NCBI GenBank assembly: GCA_965248695.1 | Contig: CBDFKD010000002.1 | Coordinates: 3,968,001 to 4,032,000, forward strand | DNA length: 64,000 nt | From: Acidobacteriota bacterium | GTDB taxonomy: Bacteria > Acidobacteriota > UBA890 > WLXD01 | Direction of reading: 5' to 3' | Shown here: positions 36,693 through 47,050 of the stretch, piece after piece | Layout of the letters: each line of letters opens with the position of its first letter | Position numbering within the stretch: the stretch's first letter is position 1 | The notes under the pieces: model-generated | The model's database searches: none | What the model saw: the letters and a program-made list of their open reading frames with translations, nothing else | Told to the model about the DNA's origin: nothing | Program-made: the position numbers and the translations under genes

Positions 36693-39113
36693 GTGCGTAG
36701 GGAAGCGCGAGTTGTCGTCATCGGAGGTGGGGTAGCGGGCTGCAGCGTCCTCTATCACCTTGCAAAGCTCGGGTGGAGCGACGTGGTCCTGGTCGAGAAG
36801 GACGAGCTGACCAGCGGCTCGACGTGGCACGCGGCCGGTCTGTGCACCCAGATGAACTCGAGCTTTAACCTGATGAAGCTCCTGCAGTACAGCATCGATC
36901 TGTACGGAAAGCTCGAAGCGGAAACCGGTCTGGAGGTCGGCTTCCATCAGTGCGGCAGTCTGCGTATCGGAACGTCGAAGGACCGCCTCGACGAATTCAA
37001 TCACCGCAAGGGCATTGCCGAGACGCTCGGCATCCCGTTCAACATCGTCACGCCCGCCGAAGCGCAGGAGCTCTTCCCGTTGGCAAGCTTCGATGATGCG
37101 CTCGTCGTGGCGCACCTGCCGACCGATGGGCACGTGGATCCGTCCGGCGTTACCCGGGCGCTGGCCAGCGGAGCAACCACCGGCGGCGCCGAAATCCTGC
37201 GGCACGCGGGGGTAACAGCGATCGAGCGGGACGGTGACTGCTGGCTCGTGCGGACGACGAAGGGCGACATCCGTGCCAAAGTGGTCGTCAATGCGGCAGG
37301 CCAGTGGGCCAGGGAGATCGGCCGCCTCGTAGGTATCGAGCTGCCGATTGTCTCCCTCGAGCACCACTACCTCGTTACGTCGGCACTACCGGAAGTGCAG
37401 GCACTCGCCTGCGAGCTGCCCGTGCTGAGAGACCCGGACTCCTCGTTCTACGTTCGCCAGGAGGAGGACTCTCTGCTCGTCGGCCCGTTCGAGCGCGAGA
37501 CCGTGACGTGGGGGCTCGACGGAATTCCGGACGACTTCCACAGTGCCTTGCTCAGACCCGTGATGGCCCGTCTGGAGGCGTGTCTCCTCGGCTGTGCCGA
37601 GCGCGTATCTGTTTTCGCCGACGCGCCAATCGAAACCATCATCAACGGCCCCGACGGCTACACACCGGATGGACACTGCCTCATGGGGCCGGTGCCGGGC
37701 CTGCCGAACTTTCACGTGCTGGCGGGGTTCAGCATCTTCGGCATCGTCTTCGGCGGTGGAGCTGGAAAGTACGCCGCTGAGTGGATCGTCGAGGGTCAGC
37801 CGAGCGACAACATGTGGGAGCTCGACGTGCGTCGGTTCGATGAGCAAGCGGCGAATCCCGGCTACGTCTCGGAACGTGCGCTCGAGGTCTATCGGCGCGA
37901 GTACGCCATTCACTTCCCTGAAGAGGAGCTTCCCGCCGGCCGGCCGTTGAAGACGGATCCACTGTACGAGGAGCTGCTCGCCAGGGGAGCCGTCTTCGGT
38001 GCCCGATTCGGGTGGGAGCGCCCGCTGTGGTTTGATCCGGATGGGCCGGGCGAGGATCAGTATTCGTTTCGGCGCGGGAACTGGCACGACGCGGTGGGCC
38101 GGGAATGTGCCGCGGTTCGATCCGCGGTCGGGGTCCTCGACCAGGCGAGCTTTGCCAAGTACGAGGTCTCCGGACCGGGAGCCGAGAGCTTTCTCGATCG
38201 CCTTTGCGCCAACCGGCTTCCGAAGAGCGACGGGCGGATGGTCCTGACCCAGATGTGCACGCCCAAGGGTGGGATCGAGTGCGATGTCACGGTGACCAAG
38301 CTCGGTGAGGATCACTACTACGTCGTCTCGGCAGCTGCGACGGAGCTCCACGACTACGCGTGGATCGAGCGCCATCTGCCCGCCGACGGCAGCGTCAGCT
38401 TGTTGAACACGACAAGCAGCGTTGCGACCCTGACGGTGGCGGGCCCCCGCTCACGCGATCTCATCCAGCCGCTCACCAGCACCGACATCTCGAGGCGTGG
38501 ATTCCCCTTCTTCCGCTGCCAGGAGCTCCGCGTCGGCAGCGTGCCCGTGCGCGCGCTGCGCGTTTCCTTCGTCGGCGAGCTCGGCTACGAGCTGCACACT
38601 CCCATGGAGCACCAGCGAACGCTCTACGAACTGTTGATGAAAGAAGGCGAACAGCACGGGATCGTCGATTGGGGGTATCGGGCGCTCGATTCGATGCGAC
38701 TGGAGAAGGCGTACCGGCTCTGGGGAGCCGACATGTCGGCCGACTGGACGCCGCTGCAGGCTGGAATGGGGCGCTTCGTCGCTTTCGACAAGGGCAACTT
38801 CATCGGTCGCGAGGCGCTTCTCGAGGAGCAGAAGCGGGGTGTCGACTACAGTCTCGCCTGTCTGGTCATCGACGCCGCCGACGCGGATGCACATGGCTAT
38901 GAGCCCGTCTACGCCGATGGCAAGCCGATTGCCTACATCGCCTCGGGTGGCTATGGCCATACTGTTCAGAAATCGATCGGTTTCGCATACTTGCCGGTCG
39001 CGTACGTCGAACCCGGCACTGAACTGGAGGTTGGCATCCTCGGTGAGCGCCGATCTGCTCAGGTCGTCGAGCAGCCGCTCTACGACCCCGGTAATGAGCG
39101 ACTGCTCAGCTGA
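36693..39113 (+). CDS. GcvT-family FAD-dependent oxidoreductase (dimethylglycine/sarcosine dehydrogenase-like)
   Basis: VIGGGVAG, GSTWHAAG (covalent-FAD His motif), NGPDGYTPDG, GWERPLWF, and a GcvT domain (SFVGELGYELH, SMRLEKAYRLWG). Confidence 0.92.
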   Translation: MRREARVVVIGGGVAGCSVLYHLAKLGWSDVVLVEKDELTSGSTWHAAGLCTQMNSSFNLMKLLQYSIDLYGKLEAETGLEVGFHQCGSLRIGTSKDRLDEFNHRKGIAETLGIPFNIVTPAEAQELFPLASFDDALVVAHLPTDGHVDPSGVTRALASGATTGGAEILRHAGVTAIERDGDCWLVRTTKGDIRAKVVVNAAGQWAREIGRLVGIELPIVSLEHHYLVTSALPEVQALACELPVLRDPDSSFYVRQEEDSLLVGPFERETVTWGLDGIPDDFHSALLRPVMARLEACLLGCAERVSVFADAPIETIINGPDGYTPDGHCLMGPVPGLPNFHVLAGFSIFGIVFGGGAGKYAAEWIVEGQPSDNMWELDVRRFDEQAANPGYVSERALEVYRREYAIHFPEEELPAGRPLKTDPLYEELLARGAVFGARFGWERPLWFDPDGPGEDQYSFRRGNWHDAVGRECAAVRSAVGVLDQASFAKYEVSGPGAESFLDRLCANRLPKSDGRMVLTQMCTPKGGIECDVTVTKLGEDHYYVVSAAATELHDYAWIERHLPADGSVSLLNTTSSVATLTVAGPRSRDLIQPLTSTDISRRGFPFFRCQELRVGSVPVRALRVSFVGELGYELHTPMEHQRTLYELLMKEGEQHGIVDWGYRALDSMRLEKAYRLWGADMSADWTPLQAGMGRFVAFDKGNFIGREALLEEQKRGVDYSLACLVIDAADADAHGYEPVYADGKPIAYIASGGYGHTVQKSIGFAYLPVAYVEPGTELEVGILGERRSAQVVEQPLYDPGNERLLS

Positions 39114-40663
39114 TGACTCCTGTAGTGAGGTTCTCCCAGGTCGCCGCACCGCCCACGCTAGCAATCCTGCTGCTCGCCGGGTTTGGCCAGGCGGCAGCGC
39201 CCCAGGCCGATTGGGAGATGACCGCCCGCATCCGCGAGGAGGGCTTCCAACGCTCGCAGCTCGCCGACACGGTTTCCTACATGACCGACGTGCTCGGGGC
39301 GCGACTGACGGTTTCGCCCGGCATGCGGCGCGCACAGCGATGGGCGATCGGCGAGATGGAGCGCATCGGCCTGGCGAACATCGAGATCGAGCCGTTCATG
39401 GACTACGGCATCAGTTGGAGCAACGATTACGTATCGCTGCACCTGCTCGAGCCCGACTACCAGCCGATGGTCGGGTACCCGCTGAGCCACACACCTGGAA
39501 CTGATGGCGCCCAGCAACTCCAGGTCGTTGTCGCGGACGTCCGAACTCGCGACGAGCTCGAACTTCTGCGCGGCACTTTGAACGGCAAGGCCGTGCTGGC
39601 AACGTCGCCCGCGGTCATTGATCTCGCCAGGCTCAATGCCGGTGTAACACCACTGAACGAGGACGATCTACGGGAGCTCGAACAGATGGGCCCTCCGCGG
39701 CCACCGCGCCCGGAGCCCAACCCTGCCCATATCACCGAGGGCGAACGGATGAGCTTCTTCAAGGCCGAGGGTGTCGAGACGGTCCTCAGATCGAGCACCA
39801 GGACCGGTCGGCCCGGCGCGGTCAGAGGCGCAGCCCGCCCGGGAACCAGAGTCGATCGGTGGGCTCGTCGGGAAAGCCTCGAATCCCTGCCGATCGTGGT
39901 GATAACGCCGGAGCACTACAACCGCATGTACCGGGTGGTCCGGCGTGGCATCGACGTGCGCATCGAGATCGAGGTGCGCAACACCATCGGTGACGAGGTG
40001 CAGCAAGCGGCCAACGTGCTCGGGGAGATCCCCGGGTCGGATCTGGCCGACGAAGTGGTGATGCTCGGTGCCCACTTCGACACCTGGCATGCGAGCCCCA
40101 ATGCCAGCGACAACACGTCTGGTGTGGCGGTGATGCTGGAAGCTGCGCGCATCCTGAAGGCACTCGGGGTACAGCCACGTCGAACGATCCGGCTGGCGTT
40201 GTGGTCCGGGGAGGAACAAGGTCTCTTCGGGTCGCGCGCCTACGTGAAGAATCACTTCGGTGACCCCGGCGATGCCGACGTCGGTGCCAAAGACGCCTAC
40301 GAGACGTTCTCCGTCTACTTCAACCAGGACTACGGCGTTGGCAAGTTTCGCGGTGTCTACCTGCAGGGCAACGAACATGTGCGGCGCACGTTCACCGCCT
40401 GGATGGAGCCGTTCCGGGATCTCGGCATGACGACGCTATCGCCCCGTAGCGTCGGCAACACCGACCACATACCGTTCAACGAGGTCGGGTTGCCGGCATT
40501 CCAGTTCCTCCAGGACCGCGCCGGTGGCACTGCCGGCCACACCAACCTGGATTTCTTCGATACGCTGCCGATCGAAGATCTCAAGCACAACGCCGTAATC
40601 GTCGCAGCTTTCGTGTATCACGCCGCGATGAGCGACGAGCGAATGCCGCGCAAGGGGCGTTGA
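39113..40663 (+). CDS. M28 family peptidase (carboxypeptidase Q-like), secreted
   Basis: TGATG coupling; GAHFDTW, ASDNTSG, SGEEQGLFGS, NQDYG, TDH and GHTNLD. Confidence 0.88.
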   Translation: MTPVVRFSQVAAPPTLAILLLAGFGQAAAPQADWEMTARIREEGFQRSQLADTVSYMTDVLGARLTVSPGMRRAQRWAIGEMERIGLANIEIEPFMDYGISWSNDYVSLHLLEPDYQPMVGYPLSHTPGTDGAQQLQVVVADVRTRDELELLRGTLNGKAVLATSPAVIDLARLNAGVTPLNEDDLRELEQMGPPRPPRPEPNPAHITEGERMSFFKAEGVETVLRSSTRTGRPGAVRGAARPGTRVDRWARRESLESLPIVVITPEHYNRMYRVVRRGIDVRIEIEVRNTIGDEVQQAANVLGEIPGSDLADEVVMLGAHFDTWHASPNASDNTSGVAVMLEAARILKALGVQPRRTIRLALWSGEEQGLFGSRAYVKNHFGDPGDADVGAKDAYETFSVYFNQDYGVGKFRGVYLQGNEHVRRTFTAWMEPFRDLGMTTLSPRSVGNTDHIPFNEVGLPAFQFLQDRAGGTAGHTNLDFFDTLPIEDLKHNAVIVAAFVYHAAMSDERMPRKGR

Positions 40664-43600
40664 TCTCGCCTACTGGCGCCGCCATCGCGGCACGCCGCGG
40701 GCCGGGTGTCCAGGGCACACCGGCCGCTTCGAGCTGTTCCTGCAATGCACTCAGGTCGTCGTCGATGAGCGACCGGATCCGTGGCAGCAGCGCTTCGAAC
40801 TGTGTGGCGGCGATCTCGTACTGCTCGCGGTGGGTCTGCGTCGGGCCGTGGCTGGTCGACCAGGCGCCGCGCACGGTGGCAGCGATGCGCTGCATGATTC
40901 CGGGCATGTCGGGCTCGCTTCGACGACGACGAGTGGCATCGCCGTTGAGCTCTTCCTGCAGATCGCGCAAGCGCAGTCGGATCGCGACGACGTCCTCCAC
41001 GAGCGCCAGGTCTACTTGCCGATGGCGGCGCACTGCCTGCTCGATCGTTTCGAGCTGCTCGGCGGCGTCGGCCGCGGCGTTGCGGGCCCCGGCGGCGGCG
41101 CGGTGTAGCTCGCCCGCTTGCTGGTTGAAGGCCGCCACGGCCGCACGATCCGGCAAGGACAGGGTCGGGGTTCCGACCGTCGTTACCTCGAACGATGCCG
41201 GTGAGGCGATGGTGGTCAGCGCGCCATCGTGCCACCGGGCGATTTCGACGCTGTAGGTCCCGGGCATCGCCATCGGGCCGTCGTTCTCGTCCGAGCCGGA
41301 CCTGACGGGCCCGAAGTCGGGGTACTGCAGATTCCAGGTGACGCGGTGCATGCCGCTCGAGCTCGGGCCAGTCAATCGCCTCACCACGTTCCCATCGCTG
41401 TCGCGCACGGTCAGCACGATCGCCGGATCAGCCTCGCGATCTTCCGCGCGGAGAGCATCCCAGGTCGGGTAGAAAACGTCCCCTCCCTGCTCGGACAGCT
41501 CTTCCTCCTGCTCGCGCCGGCGCTCGCGCCGCGTCGTCAAGGAATCGCGCAGGTGATAGGTGAAGGTGGCGCCGAACTCCGGGTTGGGCGCGATGAAGAA
41601 ATCAGCTCCCTGGAAGGCGCGATCGTTCAGCGCGATCGGCGTGCTCTCGAAGAAGGCGAGCGCGTCTCGTATGGGGAAGACATGCGCTTCGGCCTCGAGC
41701 GCTGCCTCGTCGAGCGTGCGCAGCGCCGAATAGTCGTCGAGCACGTAGAAGCTGCGGCCGAACGTCCCCAGCACCACGTCGTCCATCTGCCGCTGGATCT
41801 CGAGGTCGCGCACCGCGATGGTCGGCAACCCTGACGACAGCTCGACCCAGTGATCGCCACCGTCGCGCGTGAACCAGACGCCGAACTCGGTGCCGGCGAA
41901 GATCAAGTTCGGGTCGACGTGGTCCGGTTTGAGCGTGTAAACCGAGCCGCGCTCAGGCAGGTCACCGGTGATCGATGTCCAGCTGGCGCCGCGGTCGGTG
42001 CTCTTGAACACGTAGGGGGCGAAGTCGCCCATCTTGTGGTTGTTGAAGGCGGCGAACACGGTGTCGGCGTCGTGCAACGAAGCCTCGAGATCGTTGACGT
42101 AGGTCATCTCGGGAACTCCCGGAACCCGGTCGATGCGACGCCAGGAGCCGCCGCCATCCTCGCTCACCTGAACCAGGCCGTCGTCGGTGCCGACGTAGAG
42201 CAATCCCTCGACGAGCGACGACTCGTCGAGCGCCACGATCGTTCCGTAGGGCGACGTCGAGGTGTTCTTGCGCACCGAGTCGACGCTCCAGACGCGTCCC
42301 ATGATCTCGAGGCGGTTGCGGTCCATGTTGCGGGTCAGATCGTCGCTCACAGCGCGCCACGAGTTACCTCGATCGTCGCTGCGGAAGAGGATCTGCGCGG
42401 CGTAGTAGATGCGCGCCGGGTCGTGCGGGCTGATCAGCAACGCCGAATCCCAGTTCCAGCGCAGCGCCGGACCGTCGGCTGATTCCCGCGGCCTCACATC
42501 GAGGCTCTCGGCGGTCTGATGGTCGTAGCGCACCAACCGGCCGTACTGCGACTGCGCGTAGATGATGTCGGCGTTGCTCGGGTCGATCGCCGGGTCGAAG
42601 CCGTCGCCGAAGACCGGAACGTACCAGTCGGAGTTGCGGATGCCGTTCACCGCCTTGGTGCGTGCTGGACCGCAGTGTGTGGCGTTGTCCTGGGTGCCAC
42701 CGCACACGGTGTAGAACGGCGCGTCGTTCCCCACCGCCAGCTTGTAGTACTGCGTGATCGGCAGGTTGGTGAAGAAGCGCCAGGTGCGGCCGCGATCGAA
42801 GCTCTCGTACAGGCCGCCGTCGTTGCCGTTGAGCAGATGATCGGCATCGTCGGGATCGATCCACAGGGCGTGGTTGTCGATGTGCTTGTCCTGCTCGCCT
42901 ACCGCGCTCCAGTTGCGGCCGCCGTCCTCGCTCACCTGCGCGAAGGTGTCCATCGCGTAGAGGCGGTCGAACTGGTGCGGATCGGCGAACAGCTCCTGGT
43001 AATACTGCGGGCTGCCGGTGACGTAGTCGCTGCGCTTGCTCCAGCTGGCACCGGCGTCGTCGCTGACGTACGTGCCGCGGTCCTCGGCGGCGTCGATCAG
43101 CGCGTACACGACGTCGGGCCGCTGCGGCGAAATTGCTAGGCCGATGCGACCTAGATCGCCCGACGGCAGGCCGCTCTCGAGCTCGCTCCAGCTCTCCCCG
43201 CCGTCGGTGGTCTTGTAGAGTCCCGCTTCCGGACCGCCGTCGAGCAGCGTCCAGACGTGGCGACGCCGTTGGTAGGCGGCGGCATAGAGCACGTCCGGAT
43301 CGCGCGGATCCATCACCAGGTCGGTGACACCGGTGTCGTCGCTGATCTCCAGGACCTTCGTCCAGCTGTCGCCGCCGTCGCCGGTGACGTAGACGCCGCG
43401 ATCGCCTCCCGACCGCCACAGCGGACCCTGCGCCGCCACGTAGACGGTGTCGGAATCCTCCGGATGCACGAGGACGCGGGCGATGTGCTCCGACTCCTCC
43501 AGCCCCATGTTCTGAAACGTCTTGCCGCCGTCGACCGACTTGTAGATTCCGTCGCCGTATGCGACAGAACGTTGGCTGTTGTTCTCGCCGCTGCCCACCC

Positions 43601-43946
43601 AAACGGTTAGCGGGTCGTTCGGATCGATGACGACGGTCCCCACCGAGTAAGAGCCATACGAGTCGAAGATCGGCTCCCACTGCACCCCCGCGTTGGTCGT
43701 CTTCCAGACGCCGCCCGAGGCGACGCTGATGTACCAGGTGTGCCGATCGGTCGGGTCGACCGCGATCTCGGTGATGCGGCCGGACATGAACGCCGGTCCG
43801 ATGCTGCGCCAACTAAGGGCGGAAACCGTGCCGGGCGTGAGACCGGGCTCCTCGTCGTTGGCCTCCTCCTGCGCCACGACGACCGGCGCCAAGTACAGGA
43901 GGGCGCATGACAGCGACGTAGCGGGCAGCAGGCAAGCCTTCTTCAT
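40581..43946 (-). CDS. Large secreted BNR/Asp-box (VPS10/GH74-like) repeat protein; probable +1 frameshift near the 3' end (corrected stop at 40670)
   Basis: WRSIGP...GRI; many S.DGG.TW Asp-boxes; GGTQDN, RWNW and GTFGRSFYVLDD. Removing one base at 40698-40704 gives ...VPWTPGRGVPRWRRQ* and removes the overlap with the M28 gene. Confidence 0.88.
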   Translation of the reverse strand: MKKACLLPATSLSCALLYLAPVVVAQEEANDEEPGLTPGTVSALSWRSIGPAFMSGRITEIAVDPTDRHTWYISVASGGVWKTTNAGVQWEPIFDSYGSYSVGTVVIDPNDPLTVWVGSGENNSQRSVAYGDGIYKSVDGGKTFQNMGLEESEHIARVLVHPEDSDTVYVAAQGPLWRSGGDRGVYVTGDGGDSWTKVLEISDDTGVTDLVMDPRDPDVLYAAAYQRRRHVWTLLDGGPEAGLYKTTDGGESWSELESGLPSGDLGRIGLAISPQRPDVVYALIDAAEDRGTYVSDDAGASWSKRSDYVTGSPQYYQELFADPHQFDRLYAMDTFAQVSEDGGRNWSAVGEQDKHIDNHALWIDPDDADHLLNGNDGGLYESFDRGRTWRFFTNLPITQYYKLAVGNDAPFYTVCGGTQDNATHCGPARTKAVNGIRNSDWYVPVFGDGFDPAIDPSNADIIYAQSQYGRLVRYDHQTAESLDVRPRESADGPALRWNWDSALLISPHDPARIYYAAQILFRSDDRGNSWRAVSDDLTRNMDRNRLEIMGRVWSVDSVRKNTSTSPYGTIVALDESSLVEGLLYVGTDDGLVQVSEDGGGSWRRIDRVPGVPEMTYVNDLEASLHDADTVFAAFNNHKMGDFAPYVFKSTDRGASWTSITGDLPERGSVYTLKPDHVDPNLIFAGTEFGVWFTRDGGDHWVELSSGLPTIAVRDLEIQRQMDDVVLGTFGRSFYVLDDYSALRTLDEAALEAEAHVFPIRDALAFFESTPIALNDRAFQGADFFIAPNPEFGATFTYHLRDSLTTRRERRREQEEELSEQGGDVFYPTWDALRAEDREADPAIVLTVRDSDGNVVRRLTGPSSSGMHRVTWNLQYPDFGPVRSGSDENDGPMAMPGTYSVEIARWHDGALTTIASPASFEVTTVGTPTLSLPDRAAVAAFNQQAGELHRAAAGARNAAADAAEQLETIEQAVRRHRQVDLALVEDVVAIRLRLRDLQEELNGDATRRRRSEPDMPGIMQRIAATVRGAWSTSHGPTQTHREQYEIAATQFEALLPRIRSLIDDDLSALQEQLEAAGVPWTPGPRRAAMAAPVGEINAPCAAFARRSSRRDTRKLRRLRRCA

Positions 43947-44172
43947 GACGCAGATCCTCGGCGTGTGGACGGATCGAGCACGCTGCCGGAGTCTAGTGGC
44001 CTGTAGCAGATGAATCGATAGTGCCGCAGATGGGATTTGCGGGCGAGATCAAGGCGCGGCGAGGGATGGCGATGCGCCGCCATCTCCTCGGGGGCCTCGA
44101 AGAAGACCGGAGGCTCAGAGGGCTCGGTGATACCCTGCGGCGCGAATCCCGAACGCGGAGGAGGTCGCGGAA

Positions 44173-45063
44173 ATGAAGATCGCCGTCATTGGCCTGGGAA
44201 CGATGGGCGCGCCTATGGCCGCGAATTTGCTCGCGGCCGGAGTCGAAGTCACGGTGCACAATCGCACCAGGAGCCGAGAAGAGCCTCTCGAAGCTAAGGG
44301 GGCCTCACGAGCGGCGAGCCCGCGGGAGGCTGCGGCGGGAGCGGACGTAGTGCTGAGCTGCGTGTCGGATACTGCGGACGCTACCGAGGTACTGGATGGT
44401 CCCGATGGCGCGCTGGCGGGTCTGGCGCCCGGGACCCTGGTTATCGACTGTTCGACTATCTCGCCGGAAGGTGCCCGCGACCTGGCGGGGAAAGCGGCGG
44501 ATCGGGAGATCGGCTTCGTCGACGCACCGGTCTCCGGCGGCTCCGAGGGCGCCATCCAAGGAACGCTGGCGATCATGTGTGGTGGGTCGGACGCGGACCT
44601 CGAGCGAGCGCTGCCGGTGCTCGAGATCATCGGTGGCAAGGTCACCCACGTCGGACCGGTGGGCTGCGGCCAGATCGCCAAGGCGGTGAACCAGGTGCTC
44701 ATAGCCGGGACCTTCCAGTCGCTGGCCGAGGGCATGGCGCTGGCGTTTCGCGCCGGCGCCGACCCGCGCCGGGTCATCGACGCCATCAAGAGCGGCGCCG
44801 CCGCCTCCTGGGTCCTCGACAACCGGGCCGAGAACATGGTTCGCGACGAGTATCCGCTGGGATTCCGGACCCGGCTACATCGCAAGGATCTCGGCATCGC
44901 GCTGGAAACTGGCCGCGCCGTCCAGCTGCCGCTGCCGATCGCGGCGTACGTTGCTGGCATGGAGGACGGACTGATCGCCCAGGGCTACGGCGACGAGGAC
45001 ATGTCCGCCCTCGCTCGCGTGGTGCGCCGGGCGGCGGGGATTCCGGACGGCTCGATGGAGTAG
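44173..45063 (+). CDS. NAD(P)-dependent beta-hydroxyacid dehydrogenase (3-hydroxyisobutyrate dehydrogenase/tartronate semialdehyde reductase family)
   Basis: IGLGTMGAPMAANL, DAPVSGG, catalytic K in AKAVNQ, and KDL; GGAGG RBS. Confidence 0.93.
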   Translation: MKIAVIGLGTMGAPMAANLLAAGVEVTVHNRTRSREEPLEAKGASRAASPREAAAGADVVLSCVSDTADATEVLDGPDGALAGLAPGTLVIDCSTISPEGARDLAGKAADREIGFVDAPVSGGSEGAIQGTLAIMCGGSDADLERALPVLEIIGGKVTHVGPVGCGQIAKAVNQVLIAGTFQSLAEGMALAFRAGADPRRVIDAIKSGAAASWVLDNRAENMVRDEYPLGFRTRLHRKDLGIALETGRAVQLPLPIAAYVAGMEDGLIAQGYGDEDMSALARVVRRAAGIPDGSME

Positions 45064-45412
45064 CGCTGCGCCCATGCCGCAGTACGACCCGCGACCTGTG
45101 CCGCGGTGGCCCCGATGATGAGTCGGATCCAGTCGGTTTGCGTTGTGGCCGGGACGGCCAATACAGTGCCGTCGTCATGACCCCGGAGACCAGCTCGGCC
45201 GCTCTCGGATCCTCCACGTACGCTGGGTGAAGGCGGGGTGGGCAGCGTCTATCTCGCGAGGCTGGCGCGTTTCTGAAGGCCTAGCAGATTCAGTGGTTAG
45301 ATATCGAGGACAGATTTCGGCTGATGATCTACCAGGCCATCGTGGAGCGCGTTCACTAGACTGCGCCGATACGGGTCACGCACTGCTTGGCCTTTGGAAC
45401 AGGACCGGAGGA

Positions 45413-46813
45413 ATGACCGGACTGGGTAGCCTCGATACCGGAATCATCTTCGCGTACTTGCTACTGCTGCCCGCAATCGGCGTCTATGCCAGCCGTCAGC
45501 AGGAGAGCGTCGAGGACTACTTCATTGGTGGCGGGCGAATAGGTCCGGTCTCTCTGGCGTGCCTGTGGGTCGGTGCGTGGGCCGGCGGGGCAGCCATCGT
45601 CGGCGGGACGGCCACGGCCTTCGAGCTCGGCATCTCCGCAGGCTGGTACACCACGTCGATGGTTATCGGTTGCCTGATGTTTGGGTTGTTCTTCGCCAAA
45701 CATGTAAAGCGAGCCGGGTTAGAGGAAAAGATGCTGACGTATCCCGACTTTATCGAGTCGCGATACGACAGCCGCACGCGCATCGTTGCAACGATCACCA
45801 CCATCGTGGCGTACGTCGGATTCGCCGGGGGGCAGCTGGCGGCAGCTGCCGCGATCCTGCAAAGCCTCTTGGGTTGGGATTACGTCACCGCTTTGATGCT
45901 GGCCAGCGGCGTCATCGTTGCCTACACCGCCACCGGCGGATTTCTGGCCGTCACCTACACCGACTGGCTCCAGATCCTGTTGCTGTTCGTCGGCGTGGTG
46001 TTCGTCGGCATCCCTGTCGCCATCATCAAGGGGGGCACCTGGGCAGCGTTCACGGCCGGTCTACCGGATGTCTATTTCGACATCGGTGGCTGGGGCTGGC
46101 CGACCATTCTCGCCATGGTCGTCTCGATCTCATTGAGCTTCTTCGTGGCCATGGACAGCTTTACCAAGACCTTCGCCGCGAGAAGCGAGGAGGCCGCACG
46201 TCGAGGCATCTTGCTCGCAGCTGTCCTCCTGGTGCCGTTTGTCTTCGCCGCAGTCTGGCTCGGCATGACGTCTGCCCTTCTCTTTCCGGGCGCCGAGAGC
46301 AGCGGCATCCTCTCCACCTTCATCGTGCGGGAGTTTCCGACGGGGCTGAAGGGGCTGACGCTCGTCGGTGTTCTCGCAGCCCTGATGTCGACCGCCGACA
46401 TCTGCATCCTCACGGCATCGGCGAACATCAGCTGCGATATCTACAAGCGATATATGAATCCGCAGGTCGCGCCCAAGAAGCTGTTCCGCCTGAGCATGGG
46501 CGCGTCCCTTGTCATCGGAGCCTTTGCCGCACTGCTGGCATGGGGGATGCAGGACGTCATCGGCATCCTCTTGTTCGCTTTCACGGTCAATTCTGCAACG
46601 CTGTTCGTTCCGACCATCGCGATGGTGTACATGCGCAGTGTTAGCAAGGGCGCAGCCTTCTGGAGCATCACGCTGTCGCTCATCACCGTGCTGACCCTCT
46701 ACATCGGGTCCTTTCTCAGCGACCTCGACGTGTTCGCGATCGATCCGCTGTGGCCGGGGCTCGCCGTCTCAATCGTGGTGTTCTTGGCATTGCGCATGAG
46801 GGAGAAGCCTTAG
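45413..46813 (+). CDS. Sodium:solute symporter (SSS) family transporter
   Basis: GGAGGA RBS; DYFIGG, YTATGGFLAVTYTD and LAALMSTAD; about 13 TM segments. Confidence 0.92.
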   Translation: MTGLGSLDTGIIFAYLLLLPAIGVYASRQQESVEDYFIGGGRIGPVSLACLWVGAWAGGAAIVGGTATAFELGISAGWYTTSMVIGCLMFGLFFAKHVKRAGLEEKMLTYPDFIESRYDSRTRIVATITTIVAYVGFAGGQLAAAAAILQSLLGWDYVTALMLASGVIVAYTATGGFLAVTYTDWLQILLLFVGVVFVGIPVAIIKGGTWAAFTAGLPDVYFDIGGWGWPTILAMVVSISLSFFVAMDSFTKTFAARSEEAARRGILLAAVLLVPFVFAAVWLGMTSALLFPGAESSGILSTFIVREFPTGLKGLTLVGVLAALMSTADICILTASANISCDIYKRYMNPQVAPKKLFRLSMGASLVIGAFAALLAWGMQDVIGILLFAFTVNSATLFVPTIAMVYMRSVSKGAAFWSITLSLITVLTLYIGSFLSDLDVFAIDPLWPGLAVSIVVFLALRMREKP

Positions 46814-47050
46814 GTAGGCGCCCCTGTGATCTCCACCACCACCCGGAGCGTGCCGTCCGCGTATGCCACGGCAGATTCCGGAAGTGGAACAACGACCGAC
46901 CCGATCGGGGCGATCACGCGGGAGATGGCCGGCGGCTTGGCAGCACACGAGGCAGGACGTACCCTCGGCCACTGCTCCCGGTCCGGACCGGCCTTCGATT
47001 CTGCAGACGGCAGTAGGGCGTCCGCGTCAGCGACCTCGCGAGGTGTTTCG

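Noticed and set aside
40581-40669. 83-nt convergent overlap between the M28 and BNR genes
   Set aside because: It disappears after correcting the +1 base at 40698-40704 (stop at 40670).
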